From Octopus vulgaris (lineage: Eukaryota), in assembly GCA_951406725.2 (NCBI GenBank), contig OX597815.1:38440001-38504000 (forward strand): DNA of 64,000 nucleotides, given 5' to 3'. Position 1 is the stretch's first letter. Every line of letters begins with the position of its first letter. Positions 26,997 to 40,768 of this stretch are shown here, piece by piece. The position numbers and the translations under genes are program-made. The notes beneath the pieces are model-generated. The model had not been told where the DNA came from. It did no database searches and saw only the letters and a program-made list of their open reading frames with translations.

Positions 26997-28382
26997 GGTT
27001 ATGACTTTTTGATTTTTTGGAAGTAAACAATTTGTGGTATCAAAAGTCGATGAACAATTTCCATATAAGTAGGGAAAGTAACCTTTATTTTAAGGTTTTA
27101 TTTTTAAAAAAACCCTTATCCCCAACTGAAAAAATCTAACACCACTTTTAACCCAGATCATGCAAAATTAAGTGGCGTTCAAAATGCCTACTCAAGTTCT
27201 TACCAAAATTGGTGACCTGACTTAGTGCAATGCAGAAGCAGTATATCTCAAATTTCAACTTTCAAGTTTAAGTACTTTAGGAGTTATAAAGTTTTCAATT
27301 TGTTACCACTAAGGTCCTACTTTACGAAATATCCTCTTCTTTTCCTTGTTATTTCTGTAACGCTAAAACTCTGACTATATTAACTGTTTTTCAGAATAGT
27401 AGGCTTAAAGTTTTAAGAAATATCCATCTTAAGTAATGCAAGATGGAATTCTCGAGCAATACTAGCGCTTTTCGCATTTATTCTTCTACCAGAGAAAAGA
27501 ATTTTGCTTCTCAATGTTTGTCGATTCATCTCTTATAGTTGGACAGATTTTTGGTTTACTCACCAAATATTTAATGCACGTGATTATCAGAAGTTATGCC
27601 GTAGCCTACAAGTTCATAAAAATGCATTGAATTCTATAAAAAAAAAACTTTTGGAGTCAAGAACCATCAAATCTGGAAATTTCCAGAACAAATCAGAGTG
27701 CAGAACGGGCAATCAAGTGCCTTCAAGATTTGTATGATATTTGTAAAAAGGAAAAACTTAAAGTTCTAACAAAACATTAAGTTTTGGTTGTGTTTAAAAC
27801 TTTGCTAACATTCAGCACCCTTTTTTCTTATACACTTATTTAAAATTAGAATTAAACCTATAAAGTTAAAAAATATGCATTTTTAAAAAATTTCCTATGT
27901 TATCGAATGCTTGTTGTGGCCTCTGTCTTAAAATAGCCTAGTTTTGAACCATTGCATCGATCAATTTCAATTGAGTAATCTTTAAAATGTATACACTAAA
28001 ATACATTTTTATTCCACATCTCCCTTGCGTTTACAAGGATTTATACAACGGAAATACTGAAGGGGGAATCTAGTGCCACCTAATGATTATAGTTTAAACA
28101 ACCCATAACTCCGAAACTACTTCAAATACAAAGGATGAAATATCAGATATACTATTTCTGCATTGCATTGAGTAAGCACACCAAGTTTGATAGAAACTTG
28201 AGCAAACGTTACGAACCCCACTAGAATTTTGCATGATTTGGGTGAAAATTGGTGATCGATTTTTTAAGTTGGGGGTCATATTTCTTTCAAATAAAAAAAA
28301 TTAATGTCACTTTCCTAACTTTTATGAAATTATTCATCGAATTATAGTATAGTGTTATTAGGTTGTGAAAAAGTCATAACCC
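26996..28382 (+). mobile_element. Internally deleted DNA transposon with TIRs, flanked by TA
   Basis: TIRs AGGTTATGACTTTTT / AAAAAGTCATAACCC; subterminal inverted match TCGATGAACAATTTC...GGAAAGT vs ACTTTCC...GAAATTATTCATCGA; coding relic TNQSAERAIKCLQDLY at 27688-27780. Confidence 0.75.
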
Positions 28383-28404
28383 TAATATATATATAATTAT
28401 GTGC

Positions 28405-28444
<40 letters not shown>

Positions 28445-28639
28445 TGGCTACCGAATAATTGTCTCATATTACATTTACAGATATATATATATATTTCGTG
28501 TTTGGATTTGGTTTGTTTGCAAGATACTTTATGTGAGTTCGTGTATTGAAGCATATTCTGTTGTGTCTGGGGAGAGTCATTCCCTTTTAGTGCCTTTTAA
28601 TTTACGCCCACCGGTAAAATTTCCCTTTATTTCCTTCTT

Positions 28640-28726
<87 letters not shown>

Positions 28727-29429
28727 GAGAGAGAAACATGTATATATACATACATCATACATACATATATCATACGTTCATGCATACATATATACATACA
28801 TGCATATATCATTTTATATAATTACATTCTGTAATGCAATAGTCTCATGCTTACTTCCTATTCTATCAAATTTGTATTAGATATATTCTCACCAATTTAG
28901 GAATTCCCAGTTGATTGTCATCGTATATTTACGCCTAAATTATAATCTAGACTTCTGCTCCAAATGCTTGTGCAATAGTTGCCGATTAGCCGCCAAAGCT
29001 AATTCCATGTGGTACCAAACATGACATCGTAATGCAAAATGCATCGCATTGCTAATTTAACATAGTTAAGAGATATTTATAACGTATAAACTAGATGTCT
29101 CTATATATTTGCGTCATACCTAAAGTGCATACTACCTAAAATATAGAGGAAATATAATTTAAACTCTTGACAAAGAACTGAACCATAAAAATAATCCTGT
29201 GAAAATGTATTCACGTTGTTACATTATTATAAATATGGTTCAGTTCTTTGTATATATGTTTTGTTCCTATTCATGAACAAATTGTAAATCACCAACTGTT
29301 TCCAGGCATATGTTTGGAGCAGATCAGTCTGATTTCAAACAGTGCTGGTTGTGACTTTGGTCATAACATCTGAGAAAACGTGCAACTAACAAAATGCAGA
29401 GAAGCAAAACAGCAGATTTTTCTCCTCTG

Positions 29430-30667
29430 CTAGATTAAGTCAAAAGTTACACACAATCTTTCTGTAGTTTATTTAAACAAGTGCAGGGTTGAACTGGTGC
29501 ACGATCTTTCGACGTAGCCACCTTGATTTTCGATGAACTTCCTCCAGCGGTCAAAAACCTTGCTTATTGCATTGGTGAAACATATTTTCGGCTGTTCCAG
29601 CAGCTATTTATGCACTGCTCCCTGCGCTTCTTCGTTGCTAGTAAATCGACGATCTTGTAAATGTCTGAGCGGCCTAATGGGACGAGATCTGGACTCTGTG
29701 CAGGGTAATCCAGCAACTCGAGATCCAATTTTTAAAATAACTTCAGCGTTGTGAACGGCCATATATGGGCGTACCTAGTCGTGCAACAATAACATTTGCT
29801 TTGACGATAGACCTCGGCGTCTGTTAAGAATTGCTAGTTTCAGTTTCTTGGACAGCATTTCATTATAGCCAACACTGATGACTGTAGACCCCTTTTCCAG
29901 GTAATGTTCTCGCTAGCATAACTTTTTGTGTGGAAGGTTGAGTCTTGAATTTCTTTCTCGCTAGCGATTCCGTGTGTTTCTTCTTCATACTCTGCCTTTT
30001 GGTTTCTTACTGAAAATCATATATCCGACACTCATCCACCGTGATTAATTTTCTACAAAAATGCTTCGCCCTCATAGTTGTAGCGGTCGTGTAAGCATTA
30101 ACAGATCTCCACAAGATTGCGCTAATGCACTTGGGTAAAATCTCTTGGCATTTATCGCGCAGAGACTTTACGGAGACGAAGCTTAAAGTGATAATTTCAT
30201 ATGCAGAACTATGACTAATTTGTAGAAAGCATGCCACCTCGTCGATGGCCACTCATCAATTCGCCAGAACAACTTCTCGAGCTCGTTGAATCTTCATGCC
30301 AGTGGTAGGGAAGGAGGGACATTCTGTTCCCTCTTAGTGCTTCACGTTTTTCCGGTCATCTTAAAACTTCGCGATCCACCCATACACACTTCTACGCTTT
30401 AGAATGCTACACCCATATTGTACTGCAAGCCTGCGATGAATTTCAGTCCTGGATACATCTTCAGACAATAGAAATCGGATCACTACTCTCTGTTCTTTCT
30501 TGATGCATATTGCCAGCGGGGTAGCCATATTTACTCTGTATCACAAGAGAGAAAACTTGAGCTAACACGGTCAAACCTCTGTTGCATAACCACAAAAGTA
30601 ACACGTTTTATCACCGCTCAAAACAATTTTGGTGAAAGTACGGATAAGGTTTGACTTACCCTTGTAT
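29430..30667 (-). mobile_element. Decayed mariner transposon
   Basis: From ATG 30528: MATPLAIC.K.EQRVVIRFLLSE...EIHRRL..QYG; ITVDE; LLLHD; C-term RRFTSNEE...RWRKFIENQGGYVE; ITR-like TACAAGGGTAAGTCAAA at ~30650-30667. Confidence 0.85.
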
Positions 30668-30697
30668 TTTAACATTTATTTTCTAATTTGCTGCCAG

Positions 30698-30826
30698 ATA
30701 AATATGAATTATATGTTGCTAAGATCTTCATATAACCAGTCAGCAAGGACCCACAATGTTATCAATCCACGTGGTAGATTCAATAGCTACATATCCATCA
30801 AATCAAGCTCTGGCAAGCTAAACAAA
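30698..30826 (+). CDS. Weak candidate 129-nt symmetric exon, product unknown
   Basis: T-rich acceptor ...ttttctaatttgctgccag|, donor AAA|gtaagg; only phase 0 is open (INMNYMLLRSS...SSGKLNK); no recognisable homology. Confidence 0.2.
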
Positions 30827-31696
30827 GTAAGGGATATGAAATAAAATATTTCTAGATGTCATGAAAAATATCTGAATTTTTATGTCAGGAAAAAAAACTG
30901 AAAGTTTAATAAAAGTTTTATTTAAGCAAGGTTAAATTCAGCTTAAACAGAAACTTACAAAAACAACCATCACATAATTTATTGATACTGGAGAGCTTCC
31001 GCTGAGAAACTTTCATAATAATCCTAGATCTATAACAATACGAGACTTTTTTTCCCAAATATATGGTTATTTCTAGAATATGAAGAACACTATTTCGTCA
31101 TTGAACAATTGTTGGTTTCCTACAAGAAGCAAATTTGCACCCTTTTGCAGTAATATTTACACAACGTTCACAAATCTTTTGTTACAACACATGTACGCAT
31201 GTACATACCCAAGAAGATACACATTCCAGTATGGGCTACTTCCAAAAACAAAACTCCACGTGCCTGGTCAAGAAACAATCGCACACGAGTCCTCTTGTTA
31301 CTCTTATCTCCAGGACAGCGTGGATCATTCAACTAAAATTTATATTAGATCACTACTCGCATATATAAGTCAGTATGGTTGAGCATGCAATCATTGTAAG
31401 TCGCCTCCAAAAAGGAGGTAATTCTAGAGATTAGCAGATAATTAACAACAATCACTGTGTCTGCAGATTATCCACTAATTAACAACAATCATTGTCTCTC
31501 AGTTGGCCGGCCTCAACACTGCCATATCGTTTACTCATCCGAATTAAGCAACTGCATATCTCTCCTCATTATGTTTTCCTCTCTGCGAATCCCTTATTTG
31601 ACAGCGTAGCAAACACTTTAGCTAGTTGTTTTCCTATATAACTATAAACTTCGGGAATTTTTCCACTCTAACATTTTCTTTTTAAAATAATAATAA

Positions 31697-32095
31697 TGGC
31701 TGTGTGGTAAGTAGCTTGCTAACCAACCACATGGTTCCGGGTTCAGTCCCACTGCGTGGCATCTTGGGCAAGTGTCTTCTGCTATAGCCCCGGGCCGACC
31801 AGTGCCTTGTGAGTGGATTTGGTAGACGGAAACTGAAAGAAGCCTGTCGTATATATGTATATATATATGTGTGTGTGTTTGTGTGTCTGTGTTTGTCCCC
31901 CTAGCATTGCTTGACAACCGATGCTGGTGTGTTTACGCCCCGTCACTTAGCGGTTCGGCAAAATAGACCGATAGAATAAGTACTGGGCTTACAAAGAATA
32001 AGTCCCGGGATCGATTTGCTCGACTAAAGGCGGTGCTCCAGCATGGCCGTAGTCAAATGTCTGAAACAAGTAAAAGAGTAAAAGAGTAAAGAGTA
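31697..32095 (+). mobile_element. tRNA-derived SINE with internal (TA)n(TG)n, near full length
   Basis: TGGCTGTGTGGTAAG (A box), GGTTCAGTCCC (B box), CTTGGGCAAGTGTCTT body, tail GAAACAAGT(AAAAGAGT)n. Confidence 0.9.
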
Positions 32096-32567
32096 ATGAA
32101 ATTATTGTATACAGTGCTCAGGTGCATCACAACTTGTCAAAAGTGCGTATAAAGTATATGCATATATGCAATAATGTACAAATATCTGGACATGTTCAAT
32201 ACTGAACATAAACCGGATTAATCTAACCAAACTTCGACTTGCCCCAAGTCTGTAAAAACATCTTTGCAGTTCTGATACTGCATTTGTCGCTTGTGAAAGT
32301 GAATGTTACTCACTACTTAGGTTTGGATATTGGGAAAAAATAACATTGAATCATTGACTGTGGTGTCATACGTAATTTCATTACTCTCTATAATATGCCT
32401 TTTGTTCTAGATACAGACAGCTAACAGTTACGCGTGAGAGATATAGTTCAAAGGTAGCTGTAAACTATGTGAATACTACATATAAGTCCAAGAGACCCAT
32501 GTATCGCTTTATATATAGGTATGTGAGTCTATGTATGTATTTATGTATATATATTTATACATATATG

Positions 32568-32635
<68 letters not shown>

Positions 32636-33907
32636 CATAGAAAATCCACACATATCCTGACACATACACACATATTACCTTTTATTAATTCAGACAACTT
32701 CCTGGTGTCTGTTCACGTGCACGCGTTTTTGTTTGTTTCTGTGTGCATCAAATGTGAGAAACCAATTGACAAATTATTATGTACATATTTAAAAGGTTAT
32801 GCTTTCTGTAGAAAAAACAGAGACAATGTAGTTGGTATGACAAAATAAATACCAAGCATTAGCGGAAAGGTGAAGAGTTTATACGTATTATCGTAATTTC
32901 CACAGAGATTTGCTAATGTAAACATATTAAGGCACCGAGGAAAAATGTCCGGTCGAATATTGCAAAATATCTTCCAAACGGACGTGCAATCTTTTAATGG
33001 GAAGATTTACAGTTTTCAAATTACTTTAAAATGTAATCTTTCTTTTATATTATAAATGTCAATTATAAAAATCTATAAATTAACATCCTATAATGTCTGT
33101 AAGCTATCATTTTCTAATGTAGTTATGTGTATTCTTTAACCAAATAAATGTCAAGACGTTTACAAAAGTTAAAATTCTACCTCTTATATCATGAATTTAA
33201 TCCTTCAGGCAAGCTTTAAATATCGCTACATAAAGGGATAATATTGATTTGACGTTTGAATTATGTGAACACCCTACAGATACATATATATATATATATA
33301 TATAACTATACTTAAAAATGTAAGATAAATTCAGCGAAGTAGGATTTAGACCTCTCGCAGTTCGACTTTACGTTTGATCTTTCGGAATGGATCGAATTCA
33401 TTTCGAATTATACCCTTGTCAGAAACGCAGTTTAGAAAAGGAAATGCAACAATGTTCAATCATAAATACGATTAAGATGAAATTGTATAACTCACCTACG
33501 ATACCTTTCAATAACAAAGTCAACAAATCAAAATTTAAGGTTTTTTATACTTGATACGAACAGTCGACCTTTTAATCAAGGATTCAATGAGCTCTGCTTT
33601 CATCTCTAATTGCTAGAGCGATTTTAATCTATTTACTGAACCACCTCTGTGTGATTTTACTGTTTTGTATAATTGATAGCGATTTGGATAAGGATCTCTT
33701 TAAATTAATGTATACAAATTGGTATCTAGGTCATTAAACACATCAACATATACACTAATACTTATATATATATCTTTGTGAGAGAGTGAGTGTGCATGCG
33801 CGTGCACTTACAGACACTCACACACACAACTAGTTGGGACTTCAATTTCAAAAATAACCAAAACGAAAGAGAGAGAGAGAGGAGAGAGAGAGAGGAGAGA
33901 GAGAGAG

Positions 33908-33971
<64 letters not shown>

Positions 33972-34059
33972 CCACGCAAATAATATTTGGAATATATGCC
34001 TTCATGCCTGAGAAAACCGTGGGAATCGCGGTATTTCATTGTCGCAGAGATGCATAACA

Positions 34060-34700
34060 CACCAATTTTAGCAGTGTCAGATTACGTGCCTGTTTATTAG
34101 TCTAAGAAGTACATGACCTGACATACCCTGGGCATAGATTATTGTCAGGCTGCACCGAATGACCAGACTTTTTCTGTGACACCTGACTTCTTGGATCAGG
34201 GGCAAGGCAGACTGAAATGACCGAGCTTGTACCAGCGATGCACTTGGATACCCAGTCTCAGAGTATTCAGAGGTATACGTCTTACTGTGGCGTTGCTAGG
34301 TATTGACTTCTCTGGAGGCTAAATCCGGCCATGTTGGTATTCGAAGGTGCTGCAGCGGGGTTATTCAACGAATGGAGTATTCCACATCTGAAGTATGAAC
34401 TGGATAGCTGAGATGGTATAACTCCATAGTACCCGACAGACAGTAGTTTTCGGGATTATGTAGAGGAGCACTGATCTCATCAAAGACGTTTCTTACTTTC
34501 TTACATTAGGCTTAGAATTCCCCATTGTGGAATTGTCCCGCCACAGCTACTTCAAATACCGCCTCGGCCAGAGCAGATGTAAGGGAAGATAACTCCGCAC
34601 TGCCTGCAGCACGAACGATTATTTTTTAGTTTGCAAAACCAACTGACCGTTACGTATTTCTTCCTCAAGTTGTAGAGAGGTTATGCGCTTCAGCTATTTG
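34060..34700 (-). mobile_element. Possible decayed LINE ORF1 (gag-like knuckle relic)
   Basis: GC-richer island; minus translation IQVHRWYKLGHFSLPC resembles a mutated CX2CX4HX4C knuckle. Confidence 0.3.
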
Positions 34701-34899
34701 GGCGTGACCAGTCGTCTACACTGGTAAGTGCTTTATAGTTCCGACACCAGTGGTCACTCTAGGACCGAGCATGACATATTAACTTCCTAATATAAATATG
34801 TACGCGCGCGTGTGTGTGAATGTATGTATGTACACATTTATATGCATGCATATGTGAATGAGTGTATCTATAGATACGTGTATGTCTGTATGAGTATGC

Positions 34900-35187
34900 G
34901 GTTAGTGCACGACCTAGTGGTTAGGACATTCGGCTCACGAAATACACCGGCGCGTTGTGTCCTTGAACAAGACACTTTATTTCATGTTATTCCAGTCCAT
35001 TCAGCTGCCAAATACCTGTATTTCAAAGGGCAAAGCTTGTTACATCCTGTGTCTCGTGGGATATCACTCACAACTACGATAAGGGTACACGTGTTTGTGG
35101 AGTGCTCAGCCACTTGCACGCTAATTTCACGAGCAGGCTGTTCTGTTGACGGGAATCAACTGGAACTCTCACCGGTGTATCTGACGT
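34900..35187 (+). mobile_element. SINE sharing its 3' half with the 13183 family
   Basis: TACCTGTATTTCAAAGGG...AAGGGTACACGTG...GGAGTGCTCAGCCACTTGCACG...CACGAGCAGGCTG matches the reverse complement of 13230-13375; different 5' body. Confidence 0.8.
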
Positions 35188-35283
35188 AAAGCCAGTTATG
35201 TGTGAGTGTATTTGTGTGTGAGTAAGTGTGTGTGTTTGTGTGTGTTTGTGTGTGCGTATGTGTGTGTGTGTGTTGTGTGTGTG

Positions 35284-35735
35284 TTAAGTTAAGTTAAGTT
35301 AATTTTTTGGCTCAAAAAGCAAGGCCATGTAGGGGGACATGGAGTTATGTACAGGGAGGGTGTTCATGCAAAGAGTTCAGGCCATTTCTGGCCAAGAGAG
35401 ACTTTGAACCGAGCGGTCGTCGGCATCTTCACTATCTCGTCCGGCAGCTTATTCCATGGATCCGCAACCCGGACGGAGAAAGCCCTTCTCCTTCGAGTGA
35501 AATGAAATCGTCGCAGATAGAGCTTTTCGGAGTGACCCCGCAGCCGACGCTCTGGAGCAGGAGTGAAGAACAGCTCTTTCGAAAGGTTACACTTTCCGCT
35601 TATGATGTTCTGAGCAAGAATGCGATCACCAATGCATCGTTGTTTTTCTAGAGAATAACGGTCGAGCGTCTTCAGCGTGAAACTACAACTTAAGTTCTCT
35701 CGATTTGTTTCTTCCGAAAACTTTGCTATGAAAAT
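35284..35735 (-). mobile_element. CR1-like LINE 3' end
   Basis: LRGHSEKL.......RRRAFSVRVADPWNKLPDEIV.......FKVSL C-terminal signature; (AACTT)n tail. Confidence 0.85.
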
Positions 35736-35825
35736 ATAGGCAGTTCTATACTTTAATAACAACAGCAACGAAAACAACGTCAACAGCAACAACATCAACA
35801 ATAATAATTATTTTTATTATTATTT

Positions 35826-36103
35826 ATGCGCCCTTTTCAAGCCTAGCCAGGCTCATGGGCCCGGTTTCACGGTTTCTGTGACGTATGTGTTCCCCCCAGT
35901 GGGACGGGACGCCAGTCCCTCGCAGCCCTACTCAAGAAACAGGAAGAAAGAGTGATAGAAAGTTGGGGTGAAAGAGTACAACATGAGTCCCCGCCGGAGC
36001 CTCGTGGAACTTTAGATGTTTTCGCTCAATGAATACAGACCACGCCCGGTCTGGGAATCGAAACCGCGATACTCCGACCGTGAGTCCGCTGCCCTAACCA
36101 CTG

Positions 36104-36104
<1 letters not shown>
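35826..36104 (-). mobile_element. SINE sharing its 5' half with the 13183 family, different tail
   Basis: 35935-36104 aligns with 13380-13558; 35826-35935 is unrelated to the 13183 tail. Confidence 0.8.
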
Positions 36105-36178
<74 letters not shown>

Positions 36179-36185
36179 TTTATTA

Positions 36186-36232
<47 letters not shown>

Positions 36233-37016
36233 GATAATTCAACAGTCGGAGAGTCGAAATGCATTATTTTTCTTGTTGGGGTGTGGAGTACTCTAGAAAA
36301 TTTAGGACGCTATGTCATCAAAATTCAAATCATTAAAATGAACCGAGGTCGGTCGCAAAAACGAAATTAATTCTAATTTACGACTAAGGAGGTTTTCAGT
36401 TGGGAACTGCATGTAAGCAGAAGTCATATGGAATTGCGGAAACTTTCATCAAAGTGAAGCTTATAAATATTAATAGGGTAAATACATACACCTACATACA
36501 CCTACATAACCTACATACATACATACATATATATATATGTATACATACAGACAGACAGAAAGACATGCGCGTCTTTGCGCATTCATATTCATAAGTTCGA
36601 ATATTAATATTTATAAAGCACGCCTGGAAGAAATTGTGTTAACTTTTCCGAGAATTTATCTCACCCTCACGCAATTTCGCGATGAAAATCTGCTGAATCC
36701 GAATCGGAATTAATTACATTCTGCTTTCATAAACTTGTTTCATTTTAAATGAAATCTTTTTTTGTCTGTGTGTTTTTATTAAAACAAAAAAAAAAAAAGA
36801 AGAAAGTACTGATTTTTTCCAATCCATAGCCTATGTTACTCAAAACGAAGTTAATTTTGATTTATGGTAAAAGTGGTTTCTTCATTTCTCAGACAATTAA
36901 AAGTTTTGTTGAAAGCGTTGGAGTTTCAATTTGAATAGACAGACCCACCTATCTAAGGGTAATGTCGATCTAATTAACTACGTGTTTATTGTATTTTTAT
37001 ATCTCTCCCTCTGTGC

Positions 37017-37139
<123 letters not shown>

Positions 37140-37354
37140 TAGTTGAATGAATTATCTTAGTATGGATAATTCGGTTAACCGATACCTGGGTAGCAAATTC
37201 ACGTCAGAAAAACACTGTTGAAGCTACATGCCAAGGGCAGAGATCACGTGCTTTCGTAATGCACCCCTTATTCCTTCGAAATTAGGAATATGCAGCCTTC
37301 GAAACATATGTCGAGAATAAAGGAATTTTGTTAAATCGTCGTTCAACTCCATTC

Positions 37355-37404
<50 letters not shown>

Positions 37405-37670
37405 GTCAGTCAGTGGTTGGACTTCACTACCTCATATGTTCTTAAAATTTAAATCTACATCTTTGTCTGTATATCTACCTTCTCTATAATGTTGCTACTT
37501 GATTTAAAAACTTTCGTATTAATGGAAAACCTCTATAATTGGGTGATGAGTACTCAGCATCTTAAATCTGTTGTAATACTTACAACATTTAATAAAATGA
37601 TTTAGTGCGAAACAATTGTATCAAATTGTATCAAATTGCTTATTTTGGGTATATATATATATATATATAT

Positions 37671-37724
<54 letters not shown>

Positions 37725-37971
37725 TACATGTATGTGAGTGCGTGTGTGTGTGTATGCGTGTATGTGTGTGCGCTGTTATTCAAAAAGCCACAAATGTTGC
37801 TACGTACAGCTACCCAGTGTTTCATAGTCGAAATAATTATTATATTGACCAGGAAGCCTCGGATAGCTGTATTTCACCACATTCTGGGTTTTATAGTAAC
37901 GTTATTTTTATTCTCTTCGCTGATCGTGTGCACGCGCACACACACATGTATGAATGTATGTATGCATGTAT

Positions 37972-38063
<92 letters not shown>

Positions 38064-38240
38064 TACATACATACGTATATATATATATATATAGATATAT
38101 ATACATACATACATATATATATTGTTGTATTTCAGGACGTTTTGTTTTGTTTTCGTTTGCCATATAAACACACGCACTATATATTTTTTCTTCATTCGTT
38201 TATTACTGTTCTTATTTTGTTATTCTAACTCGTGTCTATT

Positions 38241-38283
38241 GTCCGGAAATCTTTCGTCACACATCTGTGAACTCTTCAGCGAC
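38241..38283 (-). ncRNA. Candidate minimal hammerhead ribozyme
   Basis: GTCG-CTGAAGA-GTtCACA gatg TGTGAC-GAA-A gatt T-C-CGgAC: canonical core, stem II, 1-bp stem III with near-palindromic loop, UUC triplet. Confidence 0.55.
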
Positions 38284-38776
38284 ACTTTTCCTTTCTGTAT
38301 CTGTTCTTGCTCCATTTACTCCGTTCTCTTCTTCTAAGATGTGCAACCTTATGTCTGCATGCATTTGTGTCCATGTGTTTGTATGTGTGTGCGCGCGTGT
38401 ATGTATGTGTGTATGCTTGTGTGTGTATCATAGTTTTTAGCAGCTGCCTGGTCTTCCCCTCTGCCCCATCCTCTCACCCCATTGTGCTGCTGCTGTCCTA
38501 AGAGCCGAAAAAATAGTACAGTTCCTGTATTCCTCTGTGCATGTGTGTACCCACGGTGTTGCCATCGTGGTAATTGTTGTTGTTGTTGTTATTGCCATCG
38601 TTCACACCGCCGCTGCTGTTAATCGTGTTAGTTATGTAGTTGATATTGTTATGGCCGTTTATAAAGTTTCATATGTGTGTGTGTATGGATTCGCCTCGTA
38701 TGTATCCATACCATTTATATAGTTTTATTTAATTATTTTATCTATCTCTGTCTTACACTTACCACAGGTACGTGAC

Positions 38777-38838
<62 letters not shown>

Positions 38839-38877
38839 GTTACGTATATATATATACGTAACAGATATATACCCTTA

Positions 38878-39080
38878 CCCTCTTTTACTCTCTTGTTTTA
38901 GTCATGTGACTGTAGCCATGCTGGAGTACCGCCTTTAGTGGAGCTAATCGACCCTAGGACTTATTCTTTGTAAGCCTAGTACTGATTCTACTGATCTATT
39001 TTGCCGAACCGCTAGGTTGCGGGGCCGTGAACACAACAGCATCAGTTGTCAAGCGATTTGGGGGCACAAACACAGACACA
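38878..39080 (-). mobile_element. 3' fragment of the 31697-family SINE
   Basis: Aligns with the reverse complement of ~31885-32080. Confidence 0.8.
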
Positions 39081-39115
39081 CAAACATACACACATACATA
39101 CACACATACACATAC

Positions 39116-39146
<31 letters not shown>

Positions 39147-39147
<1 letters not shown>

Positions 39148-40124
39148 CACGTATATATATTTATATATGCATGTATATATTACATGTAGATGTAGGTACG
39201 TACATATATGTATGTATGTATGCATGTATTTTATTTATTACACTATTGTATGACAGCGCCCTCGCGTCGATTCGATTCGATTCGTTCGTTTCGTTCCGTT
39301 CTTATTCTCCAAGTACTGTTTTATATATAATTATGACGCGAAACACCTTATCTCTTTGCTTTACCTTCCCTTCTCTCTCTCTGTGTCTCTCACTCCTCCT
39401 CATCTCTCTCTCAGCCGCTTGTCTTCCTCTCTCTCTCTCTCTCTCTCACTCCTCATCTTTGTCACTGCCAGCCAAAACTACTTCCTTTTTACATGCGGCC
39501 TCCAAACTGTAAACACACTTTTTTTCCCTTGCACTCGCCAGAATCCTCTCCGTCTAAGCCAGAAAAAGGCCTTTTCGTTTGTTTTCTTGTTTATTTTTTA
39601 TTTCTCGTATTGTATTTTCTTGAACATGTATTTTTATCTTGTATTTTATTTTGTATTTTTATTGGTATCGTTTTTACGTCCTGTTTGTGTTACATTTTTT
39701 TTCTTTCTTTGTTTTTACCCCTCTGCGAAGTAATTTTATTTTAATTCTCTCGCAGGAAGGGCTAGTTTGATGAGTCATGTTCTGTCCTACCTTCGAAACA
39801 CGCTAGAGTTGAACTAGGGACAGCTGATGAAGGGGATTTTTCCTTGTGCAGTTTGTCTTGTACTCTGTTTTCCTGTTGTAAAAAGTGGTTTGTTCCATGC
39901 TTCTTTTTCCGTTTTCATTTATAGTTGAGTTCTACGTCTAGTTGTGGTGTCCTGTACTCACGTATATATATTTATATATGCATGTATATATACATGTAGA
40001 TGTAGGTACGTACATATATGTATGTATGCATATATTTTATTTATTACACTATTGTATGACAGCGCCCTCGCGTCGATTCGATTCGATTCGTTCGTTTCGT
40101 TCCGTTCTTATTCTCCAAGTACTG

Positions 40125-40199
<75 letters not shown>

Positions 40200-40200
40200 T
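39147..40200 (+). mobile_element. Element with ~180-bp terminal direct repeats (811-bp period), Penelope/retrozyme-like
   Basis: 39147-39334 is repeated from 39958; degenerate TTGATGA...GAAAC and CTGATGA plus hairpin at 39765-39850; embedded in (TA)n. Confidence 0.55.
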
Positions 40201-40444
40201 AACAATGAGGGTCTTTTCAACAAGTTGTTAGACCACATACCGAAAGTATTAGAAATAGCAGCCAGAGGACTGGTATTTCCTTTTACTACAAAAATATGTC
40301 TCCACAGACAACAGTATCTGTAACTCATTATGTGGCAAACAAAGAAGAAAAATAACGAAATCAAACAGTCCACGGTCAATTATGGACGCACGTTTCTGGA
40401 TTAGAATCAAAGATTCATTTCCTTCATCAACATAATATTCCGAT

Positions 40445-40768
40445 AAATAAATCTAGAAATGCTAGGAAATCTTACCCTCCATATTTCCGACTAGGCGACA
40501 TCGGGGCATACAGAAGCTAATCAGCATATTCACATTTATATAGACAATAATACTGCCGAAAATAAATATATACTCCCCTACGACAGAATTACGAATTTAT
40601 TTTCGGCAGTATTATTTTGTGACTCACGTGGGAAAAAATTCTGGAGGGAAATACGAATTCACTTGTCTATATAAATGTGGATATGCTGACTTGCTTCTGT
40701 ATGCCCCGATGTCGCCTGGTCGGCGGAAATATGGAGGGTAAGATTTCCTAGCATTTCTAGATTTATTT
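40445..40768. repeat. Long inverted repeat with nested inner inverted repeat
   Basis: Arms 40445-40547 and 40663-40768; inner arms 40546-40567 and 40595-40616. Confidence 0.9.

Noticed and set aside
31080-31382. 100-aa plus-strand ORF
   Set aside because: No recognisable motif or convincing splice-site pair; compatible with chance
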